From Octopus vulgaris (Eukaryota), in the NCBI GenBank assembly GCA_951406725.2, contig OX597817.1:163370001-163434000 (forward strand): DNA of 64,000 bases, written 5' to 3'. Positions 41,729-55,107 of this stretch are shown piece after piece (positions within the stretch are counted from its first letter, which is position 1; the number at the start of each line of letters is the position of its first letter). The position numbers were made by a program, and so were the translations under genes. Under the pieces are notes generated by a model, which was given only the letters and a program-made list of their open reading frames with translations, was not told where the DNA came from and made no database searches.

Positions 41729-42532
41729 ATCCATCACCTTCCCATACTGTGCTGCAAAGACGACGACGAGTTAAAGGGGAATGTCACTACCAATGTCCCT
41801 TGTCCTCCGTCTCCCCATATACTGCGACACCAAATTCAAGTCAGGTATATAAAATAAAACTCTACCCGTTACCTTCTCTCTACCTCGGTATTAATGACCA
41901 AACACGCGCTTCCATACATCTCACACCATTTTATGGAACATATACTATGTCACTCATCGACTACGGTTCTTCCCATCTGTTGTTCACCTGTGGGCATATG
42001 GAAGGTCCTTGTGATTTTAGCAAGTCAGAGGTATTTTGCTTTCCCTTTCCTATTTCAAAATATTTTCATGACGCGAAGATGTACTGTTCCCCTGCAATTT
42101 ATCTCTCATTCTTTTTTCAGAAGTTGAACTATATCGATCATTTTCTTGTAATTAGCTTTGCTAACAAAACCGACACTCTTGCTATTAACATTATAACAAA
42201 CACGTTTTTTTAACTTTTTCCCTTATTTGTTTTAGTGTTTACTGTGTCTACTTGTTTAAAAATATATTCTTTTTTCTGATAGATTAGACAAAATATTTCA
42301 AGGTGTTCAATAGCATATTATCTGCTTCGCACTTCTTCTGACTGGCATCTCTCTTACAGCTATCACAGATAGAAAAGAAACTTTCTTGAATAATGGGAAA
42401 AAACAACATATTTTTATCAAAACCTTAAATGTGTTTTTCTAAGTAAGTATTTGTCAGTGGTAAAACCTAACCATTTGTGGAATTATTTCAGTAACAATAA
42501 TGATGGCCTCTCTCGTCGATACAACAACAACA

Positions 42533-42587
<55 letters not shown>

Positions 42588-42604
42588 TTACCACCACCAC
42601 CACC

Positions 42605-42848
42605 AATAACGAGAATACTAAAAATGAACCCAACTGCTCTCAAACATTAAGTAAAAAAAAAAAAAAAACGGAAAATTAATCCAGAATCCTTGTCCGGTAC
42701 CGGATCGCTCCCAAAATCTGACCAGTTCGTGCCAGTCACGGGGCCAAACATCCCTGAAAGTTTCACCCGAATCCATTTGCCCCGCGGACAAACAAACAAA
42801 CAGACACAACTGAAAACAATATCTCCGCATTCGCTAAGGTGGATGTAA
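42605..42848. mobile_element. Helentron/DINE-1-like non-autonomous element fragment
   Basis: (ACAA/ACAG)n followed by a subterminal hairpin atctccgcattcgctaaggtggatgt, plus palindrome tccggtaccgga; architecture recalls HINE elements. Confidence 0.45.
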
Positions 42849-42862
42849 TAATAATAATAATA

Positions 42863-42910
<48 letters not shown>

Positions 42911-43687
42911 AATATGATGATGCTGATGATGATGATAATGATAATAATAATAATAATAATAGTAATAATAATAAGTTTTATGGACATTGCAGCAAAGATT
43001 ATAATCTTCAATTATTTACACTAATAGCGACCGGAAATCATTAAACAAAAACTTCCGAAGACCTCGCAAACGGAGTAAATTTCTCGAAATCACTGGAATG
43101 TTAACTATCAATTTTTCATCCATGATGATTATGATATTGATCATCATGAAGCTGGTGACCATTATAAAATTGTTGTAGTATGGGTGGTTGTTAAATATAT
43201 TACTTTTCATAGTAAAAGACGGCAGGCGGCTGATATTTTATTCACAAAATTAAATTTCATATATTGATTACAAAATTAAATTTAGTAGTTTATATATTTC
43301 ATAGACCGATAGAATAAGTACCAGGCTAAAAAAAAAAAGAGCACTGGGGTCGATTCGTTCGACTAAAACTTTTTTCAGGCGGTGCCCCAGCTTGGTCACA
43401 GTCTGATGACTGAAACATGTAAAAGATAAAAGATGAAAGACAAACATACATACATACATAAATACATACATAAATACATACATACATACACACATACATA
43501 CATACATACATACATACATGAACACACACATACATACACACACACATACATACATACATACACACATAAATACATACATACATACACACATACATACATA
43601 CATACATGAACACACACATACATACACACACACACATACATACATACATACATACATACATACATGCATACATATATACATACTCCT

Positions 43688-43916
43688 AGGCGTAGGAGTG
43701 GCTGTGTGGTAAGTAGCTTGCTTACCAACCACATGGTTCCGGGTTCAGTCCCACTGCGTGGCACCTTGGGCAAGTGTCTTCTACTATAGCCTCGGGCCAA
43801 CCAAAGCGGTTCGGTAAAAGAGACAGATAGAATAAGTCCTGGGGTCGATTTGCTCGACTAAAGGCGGTGCTCCAGCATGGCCACAGTCAAATGATTGAAA
43901 CAAGTAAAAGAGTAAA
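43688..43916 (+). mobile_element. SINE family A, internally deleted
   Basis: Head joined directly to tail at about 43806. Confidence 0.75.
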
Positions 43917-44079
43917 TGAGTATACATACATACATACATACATACATACATACATACATACATGCATACATACATGCATACATACATAAATACATACATA
44001 CATACATACACACATACATACATACACACATACATACATACATACATACATACAAACATACATAATATAAACATACATA

Positions 44080-44720
44080 CAGGAGTAGGAAATATCAACC
44101 AAATACCTGATCTACAAAAGGGACAGAGGTGCAGGAAAAGCAGTAAAATGTGGCAATCGATGCCGACTTTGTGAAGTTGACACCGAAGACATCAGCCACA
44201 TCATAAACAGTTGTCTGAAAATGTCATCACGGTATTATCTGCCGATGGGACATGATGTAGCAAGGACATTATATAATGAGATCCGCCGGAAGGATAACTC
44301 CGAAGTCAAAGAAATAAGAGTCCACAATATGGTGGAAGCATATAATAAAAAGGAGTACTGGTAGAATGTCCCGGTGGAAGCCTTGATGAAGACCTGATAT
44401 ATAAAAGTAATAAACTGCGTGCAGTTGTAGAAATCAGCTACTTAGGAGATGGTAACACAAAGCTGAAGATCAGTGAAAAAAGAGAAAACCTACGCTGGAC
44501 TCTTGAGAAATCTGCAGTTACTCTATCTAGATTACAAATTCAGGTTTATACCTGTAGTTATTGGGGCACTGAGATATGTAACACGCTCTCTAAATACCAA
44601 TCATGAGAAATTAGGTTTCTCAAAACGAGAAAGGAGAAAACTGATTCGAAGACTACAGGCTTAATCTATCACTAGAACTGTAAAAATCTGTAAAGCATTC
44701 CAGAAGTTTATCATTTAAGT
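44080..44720 (+). mobile_element. RLE-type (R4/Dong-like) non-LTR retrotransposon 3' fragment
   Basis: Zinc knuckle CRLCEVDTEDISHIINSC (C-X2-C-X8-H-X4-C), KEYW*NVPV, VVEIS, EKTY...FIPVVIGAL; embedded in a (TACA)n tract. Confidence 0.8.
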
Positions 44721-44789
44721 ATACATGAGAATGTCTAGATATGCAAGTATATGCATGGGAAGACATACATAAAACATACAAATTTGCAC

Positions 44790-45190
44790 GTATACACACA
44801 CAACCATGCACACATACATACATACATACATACATACATACATACACACACACATACATACATACATACATACATACATACATACATACATACATACATA
44901 CATACATACATACACGCATGCATACATACATACATACATACATACATACATACATACATACATACATACATACATACATACATACATACATACATACACA
45001 CATACATACATACACACATACATACATACATACATACACATACACATACATACATACACACACACATACATACATACATATATACACACACATACATACA
45101 TACATACATACATACATACATACATACATACATACATACATACATACATACATACATACATACATGCATACATACATACATACATGCATA
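44790..45190. repeat. (TACA)n microsatellite
   Basis: Direct reading. Confidence 0.95.
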
Positions 45191-45484
45191 CCAAAATATC
45201 CTGTTGATGTTGAAATTCCAATGAAGGAGTCTTGGATCTAGGTTAGAAACCAGCTCTTTATTGGCAAGAAATCTTGAAATAAAACAGAGTAATGACATAC
45301 AAATGTACATACATACATACATATACATAGTAACCAGTTGATCTAGCAAGCAGGGCCACATCTCAGTAAGGTGTGTTGGTGGTGGGTGGGGGCATTGCAC
45401 AATAATGCACGGTGCGCATTCTCTCCTGATGGACACTACAACTTGTATCTGCAAGATGTTTGCAAATAATATATATATAACACA

Positions 45485-45817
45485 CTGGAGCACTCCGTCG
45501 GTTACGACGACGAGCGTCGCAGCTGATACGATCAACGGAACAACCTGCTCGTGAAATTAACGTGCAAGTGACTGAGCAATCCACAGACACGTGTAACCCT
45601 AACGTAGTTCTCGGGTAGATTCAGCGTCAGCGTGACACAGAGTGTGACAAGGCCGGCTCTTTGAAATACGGGTACAACACATTTTTGCCAGCTGAGTGGA
45701 CTGGAGCAACGTGAAATAAAGTGTCTTGCTCAAAGACACAACGCGTCGCCGGGAATCGAACTCACGACCTTACAATCGTGAGCCGAATGCCCTAACCACT
45801 AAGCCACGCGCATTCAC
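45485..45817 (-). mobile_element. tRNA-derived SINE (C-type head, D-type tail)
   Basis: Reverse match to 38123-38428. Confidence 0.75.
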
Positions 45818-46127
45818 GTTATGTATTTAAAGAGACACTGATATTTCTTTAAATACATAACAACAAAATACATAAGCTATGCGAGGACTCCTTCAGAAAA
45901 CGCCAGCATCAACAGATCGGTCTAACATTCTCTTGTGAAGGACACTAAAGCATTTTCAAAATACGTCTTGTAATGAAGAGCTGCAAAGAAATAAGTCAAA
46001 TTCCTTCGGGTGATATTAGATAAGATGACATATACAAAAAACTGTATAGTATTCACATCCCTCCTACAGTCTTAAACAATTGAAACAAATTTATTTCGTC
46101 CTTTCAACATTTACAGGGTTCTTCCGG

Positions 46128-46511
46128 TGGAGGCGCAATGGCCCAGTGGTTAGGGCAGCGGACTCGCGGTCATAGGATCGCGGTTTCGATTCCCAGATGG
46201 GCGTTGTGAGTGTTTATTGAGCGAAAACACCTAAAGTTCCACGAGGCTCCGGCAGGGGATGGTGGTGATCCCTGCTGTACTCTTTCACCACAACTTTCTG
46301 TCACTCTTGACTTCCTGTTTCTGTTGTACCTGTATTTCAAGGAGCCGGCCTCGTCACTCTCTGTGTCACGCTGAATATCCCCGAGAACTGCGTTAAGGGT
46401 ACACGTGTCTGTGGAGTGCTCAGCCACTTACACGTTAATTTCACGAGCAGGCTGTTCCGTTGATTCGGATCAACCGGAACCCTCGTCGTCATAACCGACG
46501 GAGTGCTTCCA
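46128..46511 (+). mobile_element. tRNA-derived SINE family D
   Basis: Near-identical to 41347-41728. Confidence 0.85.
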
Positions 46512-46818
46512 CATAAACTCTTTTGCTGCATAGTAATGACAACGTAAAAATAACCCACGATTGTTTGAAAATACGGCAAATGGAATTTAAAACTCTATTA
46601 GTCACTACTTGATCTATTGTGGTGTCTAATCGACCAAAAACGCTGATTGATACAAATCGTAAACTGGATGTTTATTCCTATTTATCTAATATACAGAATA
46701 TTATTTATCGTCCACTACATACTTCGAATATTAGCGCCCATTGGGTGCGTAAACGTTTTCGTATCATATACAAAAATAATTTACCTGTCATCTTTTCCGG
46801 GATCAATATATAAAGTAC

Positions 46819-47052
46819 CTATTTCTTTACTACCCACAAGGGGCTAAACACAGAGAGGACAAACAAGTATAGACAAACGGATTAAGTCGATTATATCGAC
46901 TCCAGTGCGTAACTGGTACTTATTTAATCGACCCCGAAAGGATGAAAGGCAAAGTCGACCTCGGCGGAATTTGAACTCAGAACGTAGCGGCAGACGAAAT
47001 ACTGCTAAGCATTTCGCCCGGCGTGCTAACGTTTCTGCCAGCTCGCCGCCTT
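46819..47052 (-). mobile_element. SINE family B monomer
   Basis: TSD tcaatatataaagtacc; the target itself looks like a degenerate family B core in the opposite orientation. Confidence 0.85.
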
Positions 47053-47252
47053 CAATATATAAAGTACCAGTCCCGTACTAAGGTTAATTCTTTCTTCTCT
47101 GACTCCATTTTGTTTGTTTAACTTTCTGCCTTCTGAGGGAACTCAGGTGTAGTCAGAACTGGGGAGGATGGGCTTCCAGGTCGAAAATGGCCAATACAAC
47201 CCTCTGTGACAGCGGCACTCTACAACCCCATAAAGGAGTTGAGAGCTCCATG

Positions 47253-47466
47253 CGAGGAGGTGCTGAAAAGTTCCTGGCTTTAAGGTTAATGCGAAAGGCC
47301 TGGCGAGGGGCCCGACATTCCAAGTTCTTTTACAGGGCTTAGAAAAACTGAAGGACTGCTGCAATAAGTGTGTGAATCTGAGTGGGGGATATGCTGAATA
47401 AAATCATAATTACCCGATACACTTGTATTTTCTTTTACTCAAAGCCAGGAATTTTTCAGCATCCCT

Positions 47467-47469
<3 letters not shown>
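47253..47469 (+). mobile_element. Mariner-derived MITE (same family as 32333-32560)
   Basis: TIR cgaggaggtgctgaaaagttcctggcttt / aaagccaggaatttttcagcatcccttcg|TA; interior GLEKLKDCCNKCVNLSGGYAE*. Confidence 0.75.
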
Positions 47470-47535
<66 letters not shown>

Positions 47536-49293
47536 GTATGCTGAAACCATCTATAAATTTGTAATTGGCTTCAGTATTCACTTCTCAATGTAGCTCGTAA
47601 GTATAAGTGTTTTTATATAACACTTTTTTTTTTCAGTTCTGCATTCTCTCAATAGCAAAAAATTGATATGTGCCTCGGGATGTATTTTGATTTGCATCAT
47701 AAGAACAAACTTACACCTACGTACTTGTACACATAAACACACGCACACAAACGCATATATCATGTTTTAGTAATAATTTAAGCAAAATAGGTGTATTAAA
47801 CAAGTTCTCTATAATGCTACGAAACTGATTGTTTCTGTCAGCTTTATCATTTTCTAGTAAGCATTTATGGTTATTTATCAAAAACGTTATTTAACCATTA
47901 TCAGAGCTGTAGATAGCAGAGTCATTACAGCGTCGGTCAAAATACCATGCGGCTTTTGATATAGCTCTCATCGTTTTGAGTACAAATGCTGTAGAGGTCA
48001 GATTTTGTCTCTTGGTGGGGGTCAATAAAATATCAGTCAAGTAATATGGTCGATATAATCCACTACCCACCTCCACACAAAATTGCTAGTCTTGTGCCTA
48101 AATTAGAAACATCTCTTTTACCAAAAATCTTTTTTATTATCAAATCCGTCAGCAACTCAATTTTATTAAGACATTAATTCCTGCAAAATAAAGTTTCCAG
48201 TATGTCATCGGTCCAAGACATAATTTACGAGATACATCGACAGCTTGCTAAAATGGTATCAGTAGAAAAATCTTCATCAGAAGACATTCTATCAACGTAA
48301 AAGAATTGAAGATACAGTTCGACAATACATTCCTAGATAGACTTTGTCTGGGAAATTACAAAAGACGGAAACGACTTTAATAATACGTCTGCTACCTCCA
48401 GACTGATCTGAACGCCAGAATCAAAAGCAACAATGAGAGTCACGCGATGAATAGTAACCCAAACTCTTATCAGACGAAATTTGAAGCCACAAAGCTACAG
48501 TCAATCATTCTCTCTTTGTTTCTCTCTCTCTCTCTCTCTCACAACACACACACGCACACACAGACACAGACACACACATACACACACATATTTATAAACA
48601 TATATATTTTTTTCGGAAGGAAAAGAAGTGTTATTTCTCATGAATTAATGTTAGTTTGTGTGTGTGTATGTGTATGTGTTTGTGCGTGCATATGAATGCC
48701 GTTCCCCAGTTCAAAGACTGTCGCAACCATGTCGTCAAAACGAATTTATGCTTATGAGGGCAGCATCTAAGTAGTTCTATTTTTCAATTTAGGAAACCAC
48801 TCGGATCGTATGAATTTTTTTAGAATGATTCCTCTCTCCGCCACGCATAACTTACAACATATACTTCCTTTCAGATATGGTTCACGTTGTTCCATCAACC
48901 TCTGGTTGATTTTGTATAGCCTTGCTTTTTCTTTTCATTGCCATTTATAGCTGGCTAATATTGTAACATTGCGCCTGTCTTGAACTCTAAAGGAGGATCT
49001 TCGATTATTTAGCCTGACCTTTAAGGGGTCTTCCGTTGCTCCTACTAGTGAATTCCCATTCGGGATATCGAAGTGAAAGCGGCTGAGTATTCTATATACA
49101 TGTGTACTCTTAACGAGCTTATCTGATCAAATCAGTGGAACAAGGCTGGAACTTTGAATGACAGGTACAATTCAGACAGGAAGCGGAAGAGACTGGTACT
49201 TTATAAAGACGGAAAGGATGAAAGCAAAGGTTATTTCGGTGGGATTTGAAGGAATACCACAAGGCAATCTATCTGTCATTCTAATGATTCTGC

Positions 49294-49325
<32 letters not shown>

Positions 49326-49352
49326 CATACATACATACATACATACATACAT

Positions 49353-49414
<62 letters not shown>

Positions 49415-49470
49415 TCTTTATTCTTTTCTTTGTTTCAGTCATTTGACTGCGGCCATACTGGAGCACCAGC

Positions 49471-49510
<40 letters not shown>

Positions 49511-49615
49511 TAATCCAAACATCATGAAAACACAAAGAGAAAACACAACAACGCGAGGACGTGGAACAAGTTATAGTGTTATTGGACGCTTAGGAAAGGA
49601 AAGAAAGAAGGAGGA

Positions 49616-49648
49616 TTTAACGCTTCGGGCGGAGCTCTTCGTCAGAAA
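49616..49648 (-). ncRNA. Mutated copy of the 24735 hammerhead motif
   Basis: uuu-CUGACGA-a-gagc(ucc)gccc-GAAG-CGUU-aaa; host element 49507-49722 is homologous to 24727-24838. Confidence 0.45.
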
Positions 49649-49808
49649 CATAGGAAAAGGAAAGATCCAAGGCTGGGAAGACGGAGGAAAAAAATCGCCA
49701 ACGATACACACGCGGTCACATTATATATAACAGATAAAAGATAGAAGATGAAGTATATACACGCATATATGTATATATGTATGTATGCATGTATGTATGT
49801 ATGTATAA

Positions 49809-49878
<70 letters not shown>

Positions 49879-51159
49879 TTATTTATCTGGCTAACAAGTT
49901 ATCTAAACGCATGTAGTGTATGTGTGTGCGTATTTGTATATATTCTTGTGTGTGTATGTATGTCTCAGAATTATCGTTGATTATATATTCCAAATGATTA
50001 CTCTTTCGTAACGAAACCACTATAGCCAAGAACTGTGTAATTATCTTCAGCAATTCTTAGACTTTTACCCAGACTTGTTTATCCACTGTTTTAGATTTAT
50101 TACGTACAAATGTCGTTGTTTTTTCTTCAGTCGAATTAATTGCTTGTGTTTTTACAACTTGTGTTATATGGAGGCAAGCAAGGTTATAGTTAAAATATCA
50201 ATATCACAAATAACAAATATACTCGAAATAAGATAGCAAGAACACCCTCCACCCACACACAGACGCACAAACACACACACACACACAAACACATATGCAC
50301 ACGCACACAAACACTCACACACACTCATTCACACACATATAAAAAAAGTATAACATCGAACAAAATATCATTGTTATCGTTGATGTACTTGTACCGTATA
50401 ATATTTCAGTTATGTCCCTTTATATTCTGAATTCAAATTTAGCCGAAGTCAGTTTTTATCTTTCAACCTTCTGGGAATCGATACAATTAAATACTAGTTA
50501 AATAAAGAGATCGATTTAATTGGCTCTATCTTCGACCAAAATGTTTGGCCTTGTGCCGATGATAGGAAAAAATATTTTCCATTATTTCGATTCACTGCGA
50601 ACTTTCAGAAGCTATTTACAACAATTAATTCTTGATTGCTAATGTATTTCACATTGAAGACATCTATTTTGTTAGCGGCCACATAATTGCTTTATCACAC
50701 ATGAAATTATAATACTTTGAATATTTTGCCTTTGTTTTTTTTTTCATTCCAATTTATCCCAGGTCAGCTGCGAATGAGTCTGCAGACCTATAATCAAAGG
50801 TATGACTATCCATTTCTCTCAGGAGTATTTCATAGTTAATATACTAAACGGAAAGTTATGGTGTCTCTCTGCCCACTCCATTACTCGGGTCTTTGGCAAA
50901 ACCCAGTCAGCTGGTGACCCCTTGACCCTGAATAAATTTCTACTTCTATTGCGTAATATAATTTGTACCTACACACGCATCGTGTGTTGGAGTAGCTGTA
51001 TTCTATTGAACTGAATATAGTAAATATTTCCTGCTGAGCAATGGTGGGATAAAATGCAATGTCGAAGCGAATTGGCAGAATTTGAATTCAGTCATTGAGC
51101 AACGAAATTAATTATTGCTCAGCAAGTTACCAATTTGTGCCGCCCTTATAGATCTGATA

Positions 51160-51886
51160 ATAATCCTTTCTACTAAAAGCACAATGCCTGAAATTTTGGA
51201 GGAGGGGACTAGTCGATTACAGGTACTTAATTTATCGACCCCGAAAGGATGAAAGGCAAAGTTAACCTCGGCGGAATTTGAATTCGGAACGTAGCGGCAG
51301 ACGAAATACCTATTTCTTTACTACCCACAAGGGGCTAAACACAGAGAGGACAAACAAGGACAGACAAACGGATTAAGTCGATTATATCGACCCCAGTGCG
51401 TAACTGGTACTTAATTTATCGACCCCGATAGGATGATAGGCAAAGACGACCTCGGCGGAATTTGAACTCAGAACGTAGCGGCAGACGAAATACCTATTTC
51501 TTTACTACCCACAAGGGGCTAAACACAGAGAGGACAAACAAGGACAGACAAACGGATTAAGTCGATTATATCACCCCAGAGCGTAACTGGTACAATTTAT
51601 CAAGGATGATAGGCAGACGACCTCGGCGGAATTTGAACTCAGAACGAGCGGCAGACGAAATTATTTCTTTACTACCCACAAGGGGCTAAACACAGAGAGG
51701 ACAAACAAGGACAGACAAACGGATTAAGTCGATTATATCGACCCCAGTGCGTAACTGGTACTTAATTTATCGATCCCGATAGGATGATAGGCAAAGTCGA
51801 TCTCGGCGGAATTCGAACTCAGAACGTAACGGTAGACGAAATACTGCTAAGCATTTCGCCTGGCGTGCTAAGGATTCTGACAGCTA
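51160..51886 (-). mobile_element. SINE family B tetramer
   Basis: Four cores spaced about 170-185 bp, one head, old-type tail at the distal end; junctions at about 51310, 51494 and 51661. Confidence 0.85.
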
Positions 51887-53024
51887 ACCCAATTAATTCT
51901 ACTAAGATAACTGTAATAATAACGGTTTCAAATTCTAGTTCAAGGGCAGTAATTTTAGGGAGTGTATGTTAATTGCATGATCACATATTTTATGATTTAA
52001 GTTTACATGTTTTCGAAACAACTAACGATTGAAGTTAAATAAAATTTCATATTATACGTTTGAGAGGATTCATAAAGCTCGTTGATTAGTTATAGTTAGT
52101 CGTCTCCATGCAAACTATTGCAAGAAGGAAATCAATTCTATAAATAATTCCCCAGCGCGGTAAAGCAAGCGAGTTTGCAAGTTTAAACTATATAACCAAA
52201 AACTGGTCAATAACTTTTAAGACATAATTTTTTTGCTTTTTGATTTCAAATTCCGCCAAGGTCACCTTTATCTTTCTTAGGTCAATAAAACAAAGTACCA
52301 GGTACTAATAAAGTACTAATGCGATTATTTTACCTAGCTCTCCCCTCATTTTGTCTTTCTCTCTCTTTCACTCTCTGATTCAGCCACTCTGTCAAAGGGT
52401 CGTGGGGTAACATTCAGAAAGTTCTTTGATCCAGAATAGGTGGAGAAGGATTGAGTGAAGAGCTAGCGATCGCTTCTCATTTTGCATGCCGCAAAGGCCA
52501 TCAAAAGAAACCAGAAGTGATGGACCTGGACGGTTAAAAGAAATGAGTGTATGTTGAATGAGATTTAGCTGCTATTTCTAATTGATCGAAGAGTCATGTA
52601 GAAGCACTTTTGTTGCCTCGACATTTAAGTATTTCTCTACACTAAAATATCATGAAATTTTATATTCTTTATCAACAACAAATAATTATATTTGTCATCC
52701 TTCCACCATTCCTGTATCATATATCCTGTTGAACTATACTTGAACTCTTAGACAATTGTAATATTTTTTCTGCATAGCAACAGCAAAATATTGTTCATGA
52801 GTTTATGGCCTCTGCCTTATTTCTACTGTATAACTTTCAAAATGATGCCTCATTCTACATCCTGATATTTACTATGGTTACTACATTAGGACTGCCACTT
52901 ATTCTTACGCATATTCATTCAAGTTCAGATCCCACCGAAACCGACTTTGTTTTTCGGAGTCAATAAAGAAAGTATTCGAGTCACTATAATCAACAACCAT
53001 CCGTCGTAACCATTTTATATATTA

Positions 53025-53407
53025 CTAGCAGTATCGCCCGGCGTTGCTCGGGTTTGTAAGGGAAATAACTATAAATCATTTTTAGATAGTTATAGCCAAA
53101 ATATAGCAAAAAAATGGGGAAAAAATGATGGTAAATTTTTTTTGAGAGTTAAAAAGGTGGAGTTGCGTCCCCATGACAGTCTGTGGTTTGTGTTTCTGAT
53201 TCTCGACCCCATGTCGAATTTATCGATTTTTTCAGAACTGGGGGAACTTTTCAAAATTTTCACTGCGTTAGTTTTGAATTATGACATTGGGCTATGTGTG
53301 TGTCAAGTCTCATCAGAATCGGTTGAAAGCCGTGGTCAGAGTGAGGGTACAACCAAACAGATACACAGAAACACACACAGACAAACTGCCGTTTATATAG
53401 AGAGAGA
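53025..53407 (-). mobile_element. Non-autonomous Helitron-type element
   Basis: On - strand starts A|TC, ends CTAG|T, with a subterminal hairpin cccgagcaacgccggg about 10 nt before CTAG; no TSD. Confidence 0.7.
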
Positions 53408-53811
53408 TTTTCACTGTATTGTTATGTCAGCAAGCTGGCAAAATTCTTCCAGTTTTATGCTCTGAGTTCAAATTCTGCGAAGCTGGATTTTGACTTTCCT
53501 CCTTTCGGAGTTGATAAATCGAATACCAGTGTAGTATTAGAGTTAATATAATCAACAACCATCCCTTCTAAATGTGTAGTCATGCGGCCATTTTATATAT
53601 CACGGTTATCGTTTGTTTCAGCGTCGAAAAAAGTGTGGAGCGGTATTTAGTTACAGCTCTTTAATTTCTGAGTTCAAATGCTCTGAGATAGACTTCACCT
53701 TTCATCATTCTAGAGTCAATAAAATAAGTGTCAGTTCAAGTGCTGGTATCGCTATAATCGACTGTTGTCCACTGTTTGTATAAGAAAACATTATTATTAT
53801 TATTTGGGTGG

Positions 53812-54218
53812 TAAGGTGGTGAGCTGGCAGAAACGTTAGCACGCCTGGCGAAATACTTAGTGGCATTTCGTTTGTCCTTTCGTTCTGAGTTCCGATTCCG
53901 CTGAGGTCGACTTTGCCTTTCATCCTTTCGGGGTCGATTAAATAAGTACCAGTTACGAACTGGGATCGATGTAATAGACTTAATCCGTTTGTCTGTCCTT
54001 GTTTGTCCCCTGTGTGTTATTAGCCCCTTGTGGGTAGTAAAGAAATAGGTATTTCGTGTGGCGCTACGTTCTGAGTTCAAATTCCGCTGAGGTCGATGCC
54101 TTTCATTCTTTTGGGGTCGATAAATCAAGCACCAGTTGTGTACCGGGGTCGATCTAATCGACTGGCTCCCGCTTCCCCAAAATTTCTGGACTTGTGCCTA
54201 GAGTAGAAAAGATTATTA
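53812..54218 (+). mobile_element. SINE family B dimer (young plus old tail)
   Basis: Junction aaagaaatag|gtatttcg at about 54048. Confidence 0.85.
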
Positions 54219-54640
54219 TATGGGTGGTGAGTTCGTTGAATCGTTAGCATGTCAGATAAATGTCTTGAGGCTACTTATGAATGGCATTTTACGATCTGAC
54301 CCAAAACTCGTAGACGTCAACTTTTTCTTCCATCCTTTTTTGTCGGGGTAGATAAAATAAAGTACTAATCAACTATTGGATCAACTATCCCAACCACTCC
54401 ACTCCCACCCCCTCAAAGATGCTGGATTTTCGACTAAATGAGGAACAATTATTACTGTCAGGGCGTGTGCATGTATGTATATATGTGTGTGTAAATTTAT
54501 ATATTTACTTCGTCATTATATTCATTGCGGTGGTATTTTGATAATATTGCACGAGGAGTTTATGCGGGCAATTAAACCGGTCGTGTGCATACGTGCTTAT
54601 ATATGTGTGTATACGTGCGTATATGTAATTATTCGTATGT

Positions 54641-54681
<41 letters not shown>

Positions 54682-54705
54682 ATTTATGTACTATTTTGCA
54701 TATAG

Positions 54706-54760
54706 TCCACTGATGAGGCAAAGCATTTCTTATGCAAAAGTCAGAAATCCGGGATCTGGA
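54706..54760 (+). ncRNA. Hammerhead motif
   Basis: ucca-CUGAUGA-ggc...guc-a-GAAA-UCCGGG-AUC-ugga; about 30 nt after a (TA)n tract. Confidence 0.6.
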
Positions 54761-55072
54761 ATTATCTATGAAATTTTCGCTAGGTTATTTTGTCTCTTTG
54801 TCTCCTCTCCTGGTGCTGTATGAATATTTGATGTAGTTTTAGAGTCACGTTTTGACTGCTATCTCTAGCATGATGGTATCTTTTAGATACCCTTAATCAT
54901 AATTTTAATAATAATTATTACATATGATGTTTTATTTCCATAGCTACTTGATATGAACGGTATTTTAAATAACGATCTTATCCTTATTTATATAACTTTA
55001 TACATATATACATACGTATATACATATATACATACACTCATATATATTCATAAATCCATATACATTTTCTAT

Positions 55073-55107
<35 letters not shown>

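Noticed and set aside
43400-43425. CUGAUGA-cu-GAAAC hammerhead-like string
   Set aside because: No stem II or stem I; chance variant of the family A SINE tail cagtcaaatgactgaaac.
48385-48450. Candidate USP exon 1 (RVTLIVAFDSGVQ) on - strand
   Set aside because: No AFxW-type ending and no phase-1 T|GT donor matching the next exon.
51160-51886. CRISPR-like regularly spaced repeats
   Set aside because: Whole units of about 180 bp repeat with no unique spacers; eukaryotic SINE multimers; no cas genes.
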